64,000 bases of DNA. Origin: Candidatus Gottesmanbacteria bacterium. Lineage in GTDB: Bacteria; Patescibacteriota; Microgenomatia; UBA10105; UBA927. Within the stretch, counting starts at the first letter, position 1; the number at the start of each line of letters is the position of its first letter. Shown piece after piece: positions 49,955 through 58,872 of this stretch. A model generated the notes under the pieces. The model saw nothing but the letters and a program-made list of their open reading frames with translations. It had not been told where the DNA came from and did not search any database. The DNA lies in contig OY970230.1 of NCBI GenBank assembly GCA_963714095.1, forward strand, positions 198,206 through 262,205, given 5' to 3'. The position numbers and the translations under genes were made by a program.

Positions 49955-50784
49955 ACTGCTTCCAAATCCTTTAATGCTTTATCAAACTCCTTTTCCGTCG
50001 GAGCTTTATACTGGGACGAAACTGTGCCTATATACCTGGCTACACCCCCAAGACCTTTTATCGTATGAGCGATAATTACCGATGGCTTTCCGTTTCGGAA
50101 TGGAAGAGTTCTAAACGTTTGGATAACTTTCTTAATATTATGCCCGTCTACCTCCGCGACTTCCCAATCAAAACTTTGCCATTTTTCTTTCAACGGTTCC
50201 AGATCTAACACATCTTTGGTGAATCCGAAGCCCTGCAGCTTATTATAATCGACGATAGCAATAAGGTTATCCAGCTTATGATATCCGGCAAACAATATAG
50301 CTTCCCATGTAGAACCTTCATCACATTCACCGTCGGACAGTACAGCGAATACTCGATAAGCCTTTTTATCCTGTTTCCCTACCCACGCCATTCCTGCAGC
50401 CATGGGTAACCCGTGGCCCAGAGAACCGGACGAAATTTCAATACCCGCGATACCTCGTACCGAATGTCCCGGCAATAATCCGCCGTCATGCTCATAGCCT
50501 TTCAACAGTTTTTTATCAAAGAAGCCACGTTCTGCAAGTACGGCATACAGAGCTTTAGCGTCATGCGCTTTGCTGAATACCAGCCTGTCCCGACGTGGAT
50601 TCACCGGATCGCCGGGATATACCTTCATTATCCGAAAATACAACGCTACCAAAATTTCCACACACGATAGCGCGCCGCCCGTATGTGCACTCTGAGCCAG
50701 ATAGCTCATCGTCAGAATATCCCGACGGATATCTCTTGCAATAGTTTCTAACGTTTTTCTTTTACTACGGGTAATTGTTCTCAT
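49951..50784 (-). CDS. transketolase, N-terminal (ThDP-binding) subunit
   Basis: GSLGHGLPMAAGMAW and VLSDGECDEGSTWEA ThDP-binding motifs. The track start is a TTG; trimmed to the ATG of MRTITRS. Confidence 0.8.
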   Translation of the reverse strand: MRTITRSKRKTLETIARDIRRDILTMSYLAQSAHTGGALSCVEILVALYFRIMKVYPGDPVNPRRDRLVFSKAHDAKALYAVLAERGFFDKKLLKGYEHDGGLLPGHSVRGIAGIEISSGSLGHGLPMAAGMAWVGKQDKKAYRVFAVLSDGECDEGSTWEAILFAGYHKLDNLIAIVDYNKLQGFGFTKDVLDLEPLKEKWQSFDWEVAEVDGHNIKKVIQTFRTLPFRNGKPSVIIAHTIKGLGGVARYIGTVSSQYKAPTEKEFDKALKDLEAV

Positions 50785-50796
50785 CTTCAGTATCAA

Positions 50797-50921
50797 TATA
50801 ATAATTATTTATCGTTTTACGCATGATCAACCTCACTATACTTTTTTAAACCCTGCATTCGTTTCAGAAACATTTTCCTCTTCGTTCTATCAGGGGATGC
50901 ACGCTTCTCTGCTTTTCTTCG
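50797..50921. promoter_or_regulatory. intergenic region upstream of the split-transketolase pair
   Basis: 125-nt non-coding gap between the aminotransferase stop and the transketolase start. Candidate internal promoter; no motif verified. Confidence 0.2.
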
Positions 50922-52034
50922 TTACCGATATCGAATAAGTTTTGTGAGCTTCTCACAAATGAATGCAACGTCCGATTCTGTTATATCGGCGGCAGACGGC
51001 AGGTTGAATCCATATTTCTCTACTTTTGCGGCTTCAGGATTAGGGAATCGGCGCTCGTACATGGGAAATCCGCTCATCCGGGGAAACGCGACCCTTCCAT
51101 GAATATTCCATCGTTCCAATTTACTTACCAAATCCTTATTGGATATTTTTTTTGAAGTGAGTAAAGCGGAGGGATATGCGTAATTACTGCGGCATCCGGG
51201 CCTTTCTTTAATGAGTTTTAATTCATGTACATCTTTCAGCCGTGAGTAATACCAGCCGAATATTCTCCGTTTTTTTGCAACGAGTTCTTCTATGCGCTCG
51301 ACCTGAGCAAGCGCCAGGGCTGCTGTCACATTTGCCATTTGATATTCATATCCCAGTGAATCACACCAAAAATTGAATTTCCTATTCGTTCTGCCCATGT
51401 TACTGAAAAGAATAGCTTTATCAAGGTATGCCTTATTATTTGTAATAAACATCCCGCCTTCACCAGAAACGGCGATTTTTGCCCCATGAAATGAATAGGC
51501 GCCGACGTCACCGAACGTGCCCACTTTCTTTCCTTTATATAAGGAGCCGAGCGAAGGAGCCGCATCTTCAATAACTTTAAGTTTATACTTTCCGGCAATT
51601 CGCATTATTTCATCCATTTCCGCCGGATGCCCGAAGGTATGAACGAGCATAATACCTTTCGTCTTTTTTGTAATTGCGCGTTCTACGGCTTTGGGATCAA
51701 TACACCATGTATCAGGATCAATATCAACAAATACAGGAGTTGCACCCGTATATGCGATCACGTGAGCGGTTGCGGCCCAACTGGTATCCACACATATTAC
51801 CTCGTCACCTTTTTGAAAACCGCAGACCAAACATGCAAGATGGAGTGAATGTGTTGCACAAAAACCGGCTAAAGAATACTTCGCACCGGTATAGTCACAC
51901 ATACGTTTTTCTAGTTTCTTTATATGCTTGTCAAATGTTGAGTACCACCCTGTCTTAACAGCATCGACAACATAATCAACTTCTTTTTGAGTCATCGATG
52001 GACCTGCAAAACTAATCCTTTTATATTTTTTCAT
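50922..52034 (-). CDS. DegT/DnrJ/EryC1/StrS-family PLP-dependent nucleotide-sugar aminotransferase
   Basis: Lys retained in AYSFHGAKIAVSGEGG. VIEDAAPSLGS motif. 370 aa. Confidence 0.8.
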   Translation of the reverse strand: MKKYKRISFAGPSMTQKEVDYVVDAVKTGWYSTFDKHIKKLEKRMCDYTGAKYSLAGFCATHSLHLACLVCGFQKGDEVICVDTSWAATAHVIAYTGATPVFVDIDPDTWCIDPKAVERAITKKTKGIMLVHTFGHPAEMDEIMRIAGKYKLKVIEDAAPSLGSLYKGKKVGTFGDVGAYSFHGAKIAVSGEGGMFITNNKAYLDKAILFSNMGRTNRKFNFWCDSLGYEYQMANVTAALALAQVERIEELVAKKRRIFGWYYSRLKDVHELKLIKERPGCRSNYAYPSALLTSKKISNKDLVSKLERWNIHGRVAFPRMSGFPMYERRFPNPEAAKVEKYGFNLPSAADITESDVAFICEKLTKLIRYR

Positions 52035-52719
52035 ACGGTAATTTCATAACTACACTATATCGTTTTATTGTTCCTTTATAACCTTTGGGTGCATTTTGCC
52101 ATTCAATTCTATCAGATTTAACAATCCTGATCATGGGCGTCCGTTTCACTTCAGTAAAATCAAGCTTTCGGTAAAGGCGAATGGCTCTTATATTATCAGA
52201 CGTTGTAGACAGCATATACGTTTTAATTCCAAATTCAACCCTGCCCCAACATATCATATGACGTATCGCATCTTCTATAATTCCGGGGTATAAATTCACA
52301 CCACGCACAATATTATCTATTTCGCAGATACGTTTTTGAAAATTAAAACGATACAAGCCGATATGACCGATGTACCGGTTTTTTACTTTTATCATAAATA
52401 AAATCCTGTCGGGTTCATTCACAACTTTATCGCGCAACCATTTTTCGGTTCCTTCCAAGGTAACCGGGAATATTGCAGGAAACCATTGCTCATGCTTTTT
52501 TCTCCATAACGCGAGTAGTTTAATAATTTTTTTATCAGTTCTCTGGTTGTCCGTAACGAGAACTAAATAATAACGAATTTTTCTAAAAATTATTTTAATT
52601 TGTAATTTTTTTCCGTGTTTAAGCAATGAAATTTTGTCTTTCACCAAACTGCTGATATCTCGCTCCGTTAATTTCATAATCAACCTAATGCTCTGTCTTT
52701 TATTCTTTCGATATATCAA
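52021..52719 (-). CDS. putative GNAT-type N-acetyltransferase (amino-sugar N-acylation)
   Basis: About 200 aa. IGHIGLYRF...CEIDNIVRG...AIRLYRKLDF resembles the GNAT acetyl-CoA-binding region. Lies directly downstream of the aminotransferase, as WecD does to WecE. The true start is probably internal (MKLTERD). Confidence 0.45.
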   Translation of the reverse strand: MIYRKNKRQSIRLIMKLTERDISSLVKDKISLLKHGKKLQIKIIFRKIRYYLVLVTDNQRTDKKIIKLLALWRKKHEQWFPAIFPVTLEGTEKWLRDKVVNEPDRILFMIKVKNRYIGHIGLYRFNFQKRICEIDNIVRGVNLYPGIIEDAIRHMICWGRVEFGIKTYMLSTTSDNIRAIRLYRKLDFTEVKRTPMIRIVKSDRIEWQNAPKGYKGTIKRYSVVMKLPYEKI

Positions 52720-52723
52720 CTAA

Positions 52724-53686
52724 TTATTTCAAGATAGAATTATACCAGCGGCGGATTAAAGGAAGTGTGTTTTTAATCGAATATGTAGGTCTCCATCCCA
52801 GATTGATAATCTTCCCTGCATTCAAATGCTGGTACGGAATTTCGTTCTTCGCCGAGTTTTCTATAACATACGGTATTTTTCTTTTTAGTATCCTTTCTGT
52901 TTGCCTGATGAGAGCTATCACTGAACACGAGTCGCTGGAGGATAAATTAAATGCCTCCCCATTAGTTTTATCTCTATGTTCAAGAAGGAACAAATAGCCG
53001 GATACTACATCTTCAACGTAAATATAGTCCCGGACATATGAACCGTCACTTCGAATAACCAATTTTTCTTTCGTGACAACTGCTTTCATTATTCCCGGAA
53101 TAATCCGTGAAAAATTCAGATCACCTTCTCCGTAAATATTTCCTGCCCGTGTAACGACGATAGGCAAATGGTATGTTTTTGCGTATGCGTGTGCGAGAAG
53201 ATCCGTTGCCGATTTAGAAACCTCATATGGATGGTCGCCTCTCAAAGGATCCGTCTCGATATAGGGTTTCCTGCTTTTTCCGTAGCTTTTATCAGACGAT
53301 GCAACAATGACTCCTTTCACATGAGTAAAAAGTCGTGCCGCATCGAGAATATAGGTGGTACCCATGATATTAGTTTCAATTGTTTCCACGGGATTTTCGT
53401 AGGCAGTAGGCACTATTGCCTGAGCGGCTAAGTGGAAAATATAGTCAATTTCATATTTTGACACGATATCAAAAACCCGATCTTTATCTTTAAGGTCACA
53501 TGAAACAAGAACGGTATTTTTTGATAACCGTTCGGTCATGAAATATGAACGGGGGTCTAATGATCGAAACGGCACAAATACCGTTGCATGCCTCCCTAGT
53601 AAGGCTTTCACAAGATGACTTCCAACAAACCCCGTTCCGCCTGTGACCAGAATGTTCTTTCCTGTTAATCTTTCCATATTTTCCAT
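52724..53686 (-). CDS. extended-SDR nucleotide-sugar dehydratase/reductase (CDP-glucose 4,6-dehydratase or CDP-dideoxyhexose synthase candidate)
   Basis: ILVTGGTGFVGSHL Rossmann motif. FHLAAQAIV, SSDKSYG and catalytic YEVSK. 320 aa. Adjacent to the cytidylyltransferase. Confidence 0.55.
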   Translation of the reverse strand: MENMERLTGKNILVTGGTGFVGSHLVKALLGRHATVFVPFRSLDPRSYFMTERLSKNTVLVSCDLKDKDRVFDIVSKYEIDYIFHLAAQAIVPTAYENPVETIETNIMGTTYILDAARLFTHVKGVIVASSDKSYGKSRKPYIETDPLRGDHPYEVSKSATDLLAHAYAKTYHLPIVVTRAGNIYGEGDLNFSRIIPGIMKAVVTKEKLVIRSDGSYVRDYIYVEDVVSGYLFLLEHRDKTNGEAFNLSSSDSCSVIALIRQTERILKRKIPYVIENSAKNEIPYQHLNAGKIINLGWRPTYSIKNTLPLIRRWYNSILK

Positions 53687-54441
53687 TCAGGATTCCGTTT
53701 CCATAATGTATTAAGACGTTCCAAATCCGCATATGTATCCATCGATTGCCAAAAACCTTTATGGACAAAAAGAGATAGCTCCCGGTCTTTAACAAGCCTT
53801 TTTAGTGCCTCATGTTCATATTCAGCCGGCCGCAGATAATTAAAAAACTTTTTATCAAATACCATAAATCCGCCGTTTACCCAATCCTGTAAAACAGGTT
53901 TTTCGACAAACTCCGTTACCCTGTGTTTAACATTTTGCCGGACCATTCCGTATTTACTTTTCGGATACACGCCAGTTATGGTACCGATTGTTTTTTGTTT
54001 TCTGTGAAACTGAACTAATTGCCGGATATTGATATTAGACACACCGTCCCCGTACGTAACCATAAAATCTTTATCAGTTTTCGGGATATAATCTTTTACA
54101 CGTATTATTCTTTCACCCGGAAGTGTCCCCTCTCCCGTATCTACAAAGGTAATTTTGAAATTATCGGCGGCAGATGGGTTTTTATGAAAAATCGCTGAGC
54201 CGGATTTTGTGGATAACGTAAAATTTTGTGAAAAATATTTTTGATTTAAAAAATACTCCTTAATCATATCCCCCTTATACCCGAGGGCAATGATAAAATC
54301 ATTAAACCCGTAGTACGCATACATTTTCATGATATGCCACAGGATTGGTTTATTGCCGACCAACACCATGGGTTTTGGTTTAAACTCTGTTTCCTCCTTT
54401 AATCTGTATCCTATACCGCCACATAAAATAATCGTCTTCAT
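53665..54441 (-). CDS. rfbF: glucose-1-phosphate cytidylyltransferase
   Basis: MKTIILCGGIGYRLKEETEFKPKPMVLVGNKPILWHIMKMYAYYGFNDFIIALGYKGDMIKEYF matches RfbF/DdhA closely. 258 aa, the expected length. Confidence 0.8.
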   Translation of the reverse strand: MKTIILCGGIGYRLKEETEFKPKPMVLVGNKPILWHIMKMYAYYGFNDFIIALGYKGDMIKEYFLNQKYFSQNFTLSTKSGSAIFHKNPSAADNFKITFVDTGEGTLPGERIIRVKDYIPKTDKDFMVTYGDGVSNINIRQLVQFHRKQKTIGTITGVYPKSKYGMVRQNVKHRVTEFVEKPVLQDWVNGGFMVFDKKFFNYLRPAEYEHEALKRLVKDRELSLFVHKGFWQSMDTYADLERLNTLWKRNPEWKIWKD

Positions 54442-54498
54442 ATTTAGTGGCCTATTATAACATTTATTGTCTTTTCGAAAAGTTTTACCGGGGCAGTT

Positions 54499-55608
54499 TT
54501 AGATGTGTATTGCTTTATTTAATAAATGGAGACTTTGTTTAACGGCATCTGTCCAACGCAGGTTGGCTACCCACTTTCTGGCGTTTATTTGATATTCTTT
54601 ATAGTGTAATTTGTCTCTATATAATTTCACCGCCTCCCGTGCCATTTCTCGGGGCGAGCAGCTTTCGATAACCATCCCTGTTTTTCCATGAATGACAACG
54701 TCCCTCAATCCGGGAACGTTATAAACAATTGCAGGTGTGCCTACGGACGCAGCCTCAAGAACAACAAGTCCCCACCCCTCTTTCACAGATGCGTGAAGAA
54801 GAAGGTGTGCCCGTGCCATACGGTTATATTTTTCTTTTTCAGAAACGTTTCCAAAAAAGATTACCCGTTCTTTTATACCGTATTCCGTTATCATTCTTTT
54901 CAATTCATCGATATACTCAGGCTCACCGCCTCCGATAATCCATAACACTGCATCCGTCTGTTCACGCACAATAAACGAAAACGCTTTAATAACCTCCTCG
55001 ATACCCTTCATACGGACGACACGGGATACAAACAGGTATGTAGGATGTATTTCTTTATTTTTCGAGGTTATATGAAACCGGCCGTGTACGGTAATCGGAC
55101 AGGGAATATTTACGCATTGTGATCGGGGAATACCGCGGGATACCAGTTCATCAATCGTCGACGGCGCATCCGTCCAAAAATAACAGTGACGATACAATCG
55201 GAAACACCATCGTTCCAGAAATTTTCCGATGACGTTTTTGGGAAACGAAAACATATAATCCCATATTTCTCCTGCTATCTCATGAATAAAAACGACGACC
55301 GGTTTCCCAGTGAAGAGCGTAGAAAAAAAAGGAAATCCGTGCACCTCGTCGACAATGATATCAAAAGCATTCCTGTGAGTAAGCAAGTAAAATGGGACGT
55401 ACAGATATATTGTGAGTGAGCCCGCCCGCCGGATAAAACGGACACTCTGAACCGTTTCTTCTTTTTTAGCACCGGAATATGCGGCAGTGAGCCATGTCAC
55501 ATCATTCCCCGCTGCCACCCACCCCTTTGCATGCTCAAAGGTCACTACTTCGGCCCCTCCGGATTTCGGATGACGAACATCACGCCAATTAAGTATTAAT
55601 ATGCGCAT
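54499..55608 (-). CDS. glycosyltransferase family 4
   Basis: MRILILNWRDVRHPKSGGAEV N-domain and EGWGLVVLEAASVGTPAIV C-domain. Confidence 0.8.
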   Translation of the reverse strand: MRILILNWRDVRHPKSGGAEVVTFEHAKGWVAAGNDVTWLTAAYSGAKKEETVQSVRFIRRAGSLTIYLYVPFYLLTHRNAFDIIVDEVHGFPFFSTLFTGKPVVVFIHEIAGEIWDYMFSFPKNVIGKFLERWCFRLYRHCYFWTDAPSTIDELVSRGIPRSQCVNIPCPITVHGRFHITSKNKEIHPTYLFVSRVVRMKGIEEVIKAFSFIVREQTDAVLWIIGGGEPEYIDELKRMITEYGIKERVIFFGNVSEKEKYNRMARAHLLLHASVKEGWGLVVLEAASVGTPAIVYNVPGLRDVVIHGKTGMVIESCSPREMAREAVKLYRDKLHYKEYQINARKWVANLRWTDAVKQSLHLLNKAIHI

Positions 55609-55616
55609 AATTCTTC

Positions 55617-56807
55617 CTATTTATGTCCGGCAGTAAATACCTTTATGATTGTTTGGATTTCTCCAGTCGTCAGTTCCGGATTATTGCCAAAATATAATCC
55701 TTGTTCATGTATGAGCTTCACGTTGACGCATTCGCGGAAATTACCCTTCACGTATTTGGTAAAAAACGGTTGTTCTGTCATATCGCCGCCGACAACCGGC
55801 CTGATTTCAATCCTGTTACCGCAGGCCTTTACTAACGAATCCCGGATTGCGGTTGATTTGCATATAACGGGCACGGCAAAATTTGAAATTGTATCCATGT
55901 GATCATATCGTATAGGATAGTAATCCGGCGACTGATAAATTCTTCCGGCAATTTTTTTAAAATTATTCTGCCGTTTCTTAATTATTTCAGGGAGAAATTT
56001 AATTTGAATTTGTCCTAGATACCCGGTAATTTCCGTCGGACGGAAATTATACCCTAAATCATAGAACGTATACCGCCCATAAAACGACGGGTTTGCAAGA
56101 AATTTTCTCCGGGCCGTCTGTTCCGGAACTGACAGATTTCTATCCCAACCGTGAGCCCGCACCATGATGAGCATACTCGCGAGATCACTGTTATCTGTAC
56201 AAACCGCACCTCCTTCGACTGTTGACATGTGGTGTCCAACGTAAAACGAAAATGTACCTGCCTCTCCGAAATTACCGAGTTTTTTGGCATGATAAACAGA
56301 TCCCAGAGATTCACAGTTGTCTTCTACGAACAGCATGCCGCGTTTATTGCAGAGATCCATAACTTTATCAATATCGTCACATAATCCGAGAAGGTTTGTA
56401 AGGAGAAGTGCTTTTAGTTTATACCTAGCTAATGTGTTTAACAGGGTTCTACTGGATACATTCAGGGTGTCTAGTTCCACGTCAACTGGTACCGGCTTCA
56501 GACCCAACTGAATAAGCGGCATAACGTTGGTAGACCATGTGACGGCGGAAAATCCGACCATGTCTCCTTTGTGAATTTTACCTAGATTAAGAAGGGCCTG
56601 AATAAGCGCTAAATTTGCGGAACTGCCGCTGTTGAGCAATACACAGTATTTTTTCCCCTGCCAGAAAGCAAATTGTTTCTCAAATGCTTCGCACTCCTTA
56701 CCGAAACTTAACTGTTTGGCGACCAATAAAAATTGGATCAGCTTCCGTTTTGTTTCGTTTTCTTTATAAAATGTCGATTTTATAAGTGTAATCATGTTAA
56801 TGAACAA
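55617..56807 (-). CDS. DegT-family His-variant sugar dehydratase (ColD/E1-like 3-dehydratase paralog)
   Basis: NSGSSANLALIQAL. Lys replaced by His in FSFYVGHHMSTVEGG. 396 aa and no C-terminal Cys cluster, resembling ColD-type GDP-4-keto-6-deoxymannose 3-dehydratase. Confidence 0.6.
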   Translation of the reverse strand: MFINMITLIKSTFYKENETKRKLIQFLLVAKQLSFGKECEAFEKQFAFWQGKKYCVLLNSGSSANLALIQALLNLGKIHKGDMVGFSAVTWSTNVMPLIQLGLKPVPVDVELDTLNVSSRTLLNTLARYKLKALLLTNLLGLCDDIDKVMDLCNKRGMLFVEDNCESLGSVYHAKKLGNFGEAGTFSFYVGHHMSTVEGGAVCTDNSDLASMLIMVRAHGWDRNLSVPEQTARRKFLANPSFYGRYTFYDLGYNFRPTEITGYLGQIQIKFLPEIIKKRQNNFKKIAGRIYQSPDYYPIRYDHMDTISNFAVPVICKSTAIRDSLVKACGNRIEIRPVVGGDMTEQPFFTKYVKGNFRECVNVKLIHEQGLYFGNNPELTTGEIQTIIKVFTAGHK

Positions 56808-56823
56808 AATTGCGCGTCGTAAA

Positions 56824-57615
56824 TTACCCTATGTTTATGCGGAAATTCAATTCCGGATCAAACCGCCACTTTCGTTTGCTTGCATCATCATAATAATGAA
56901 GAATACGCAAACGATAAAATACTGCAAGAGTATCATTCAGCGTATTGTAAATGACCGGCAGAAATTTTCTCCAGGAAATGCTCGATTTTGCGGAAAATAA
57001 ATTAATTTCTATCGGCGCTTCATATATTTTTCTGTATCCTAAATAATATGCCACGGCAAGTATTTCAATATCGAAGGCAAATTGTTTTACGAGGAGTCTC
57101 GGAAGAACATCTTCTAGAAGCTTTCGCCTGTATATTTTCATCCCCACCTGCGTATCACGCACATTTAGTCCGAATAATATTCTCGTAATTTGTTGATATA
57201 CCCACGAAATAATTTTTCGTATATACGGATACTCTACTTTTGAATCCGGGTGGCGTTTACTTCCGATAATTGCATCCGCATGTTGAAACTCAAATTCTGC
57301 AAGCATGAGAGGAAGTGCTTCCGGCTTAAGATCTCCCCCCGCATCCATAAAACCGACAACATCTCCTTTTGCCTGAGAAAAACCGAATCGCACTGCATAT
57401 CCCTTTCCGTGATTGGTTTGATAACCTGTTATATGAACCCGAGAATCATGTATTGTTTTAATTTCTTCTGTGCTCTTATCCAATTTTCCGTCAATGACCG
57501 GAATAATCTCAAAATCTCTATGCATCTTTGATAATACGTTGATGATATCCGTGATATCACGTTTAATTGTTTTTTCCTGTTTATAGACCGGAATAATAAG
57601 ACTAAATTTTTTCAT
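56824..57615 (-). CDS. GT2 polyprenol-phosphate glycosyltransferase-like
   Basis: FSLIIPVYKQEKTIKRDI ... VIDGKLDKST ... GFMDAGGD pattern. Confidence 0.7.
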   Translation of the reverse strand: MKKFSLIIPVYKQEKTIKRDITDIINVLSKMHRDFEIIPVIDGKLDKSTEEIKTIHDSRVHITGYQTNHGKGYAVRFGFSQAKGDVVGFMDAGGDLKPEALPLMLAEFEFQHADAIIGSKRHPDSKVEYPYIRKIISWVYQQITRILFGLNVRDTQVGMKIYRRKLLEDVLPRLLVKQFAFDIEILAVAYYLGYRKIYEAPIEINLFSAKSSISWRKFLPVIYNTLNDTLAVFYRLRILHYYDDASKRKWRFDPELNFRINIG

Positions 57616-58858
57616 GGGATCCTAAAAGATAATATCCTCCGGCAATTATATCGTAAAGCATACATACGCTGATATTAATATAAATAACTCCGATTATACT
57701 CGAATGGAACATACTTATACCGATAATCTGCACGACCGCCGCTCCCATAGAAAATAACCAAATATGCAGTTTTCCAACGGCCAGACATGACATTGCGATG
57801 ATGTTGGCCACGGAAAACAGGCCCAGGAAAATCCCGAACAGCCCCAGCATTGCCCCTGCCCCGGCATATGCGTTTCCAAAAAGCATACCTACGATAAAGT
57901 TCGGGAACACAAAATAAAGAATGGTTATGGCAACCGATATTGCTCCAACTATTCCGACGGCAGAAAAAATAAGTTTTTTTGTTTTGGAGCCCGTGGCTAC
58001 CCGCTCAGAAGCAATCGGAAAAAGCACTATTGGAACAGCCGATGACGCGTAAAATATAATTTTTCCGAGAATCGCCAGCGCGGCATACAATCCTGCGTCA
58101 TGCGCACTGAAAAAATGTCTGACGAGTATGATATCCGTTGAGTAAAGTGATGTAATACCAAGCTGCATGAGAAGCGTTGGTACTGCAAAGGCAAACATAT
58201 CACGGCCTTTAAGTTTTGTTGGCCGCGCCTTTACCGACAACACGAATCGAAGCGGAATAAAATACAAAGCGTAAACAATAATACTCGCCAGTACCGCAGC
58301 CAACATCACTCCCGGGACTCCCCACGCGACCAAAGGAATACTCACCAAAAGTTTTACAAGGATGGCAAGAGCTCCCATAACGCCCACCCAAATAAATTTT
58401 TGATATCCGTTCAGCATGCCTGCTGTTGCAACTGTTACCAGTGAAACAACGAACAATGCATAGAGGAGCATAATCAATACTGAAGACGATAAATGAAGAA
58501 ATGATGTTATATACGGTCCTGTTATGAGAATAATCGGCACACCAACCACGGTGACTATCACAAATACTTTCGTTGCTTCAATGAAGAGCGATTTCGCCTG
58601 TCCGACTTCGCCATGTGCTTTAAAACCTGAAACAAATTTCACGATCACGGTTTGCGCAACCGTCAGCGGCACGGTAAATATATAGAGGAGCGATAAAAGA
58701 GAAGCTAATGCGCCATAGCCGGACGGACCAAGAAGTCTTCCCATTATCAGGTGATACAGGTACGAAAGCACATTGGCGCTCATGGTCCCGACAAAGACGA
58801 TAGCGCTGCTCCGTGCTAATTTATTTGAGGTAAACTTCTGTATAAATCCTTTATTCAT
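57602..58858 (-). CDS. Wzx-type oligosaccharide flippase (MOP superfamily)
   Basis: 418 aa, about 12 TM. N-term ARSSAIVFVGTMSANVLSYLYHLIMGRLLGPSGYG is typical of polysaccharide biosynthesis / Wzx proteins. Confidence 0.7.
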   Translation of the reverse strand: MNKGFIQKFTSNKLARSSAIVFVGTMSANVLSYLYHLIMGRLLGPSGYGALASLLSLLYIFTVPLTVAQTVIVKFVSGFKAHGEVGQAKSLFIEATKVFVIVTVVGVPIILITGPYITSFLHLSSSVLIMLLYALFVVSLVTVATAGMLNGYQKFIWVGVMGALAILVKLLVSIPLVAWGVPGVMLAAVLASIIVYALYFIPLRFVLSVKARPTKLKGRDMFAFAVPTLLMQLGITSLYSTDIILVRHFFSAHDAGLYAALAILGKIIFYASSAVPIVLFPIASERVATGSKTKKLIFSAVGIVGAISVAITILYFVFPNFIVGMLFGNAYAGAGAMLGLFGIFLGLFSVANIIAMSCLAVGKLHIWLFSMGAAVVQIIGISMFHSSIIGVIYINISVCMLYDIIAGGYYLLGSHEKI

Positions 58859-58872
58859 ACGTTATCGCGTAT

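Noticed and set aside
49028-50796. Possibility that the two transketolase ORFs are one frameshifted tktA
   Set aside because: The break falls at the canonical N-section/C-section boundary with a 4-nt overlap. Two-gene split transketolases are an established arrangement, so I treated them as genuine separate subunits.
50797-50921. Possible ncRNA or riboswitch in the 125-nt gap upstream of the transketolase pair
   Set aside because: No recognisable conserved riboswitch core or strong stem-loop noticed by eye. Kept only as a low-confidence promoter region.
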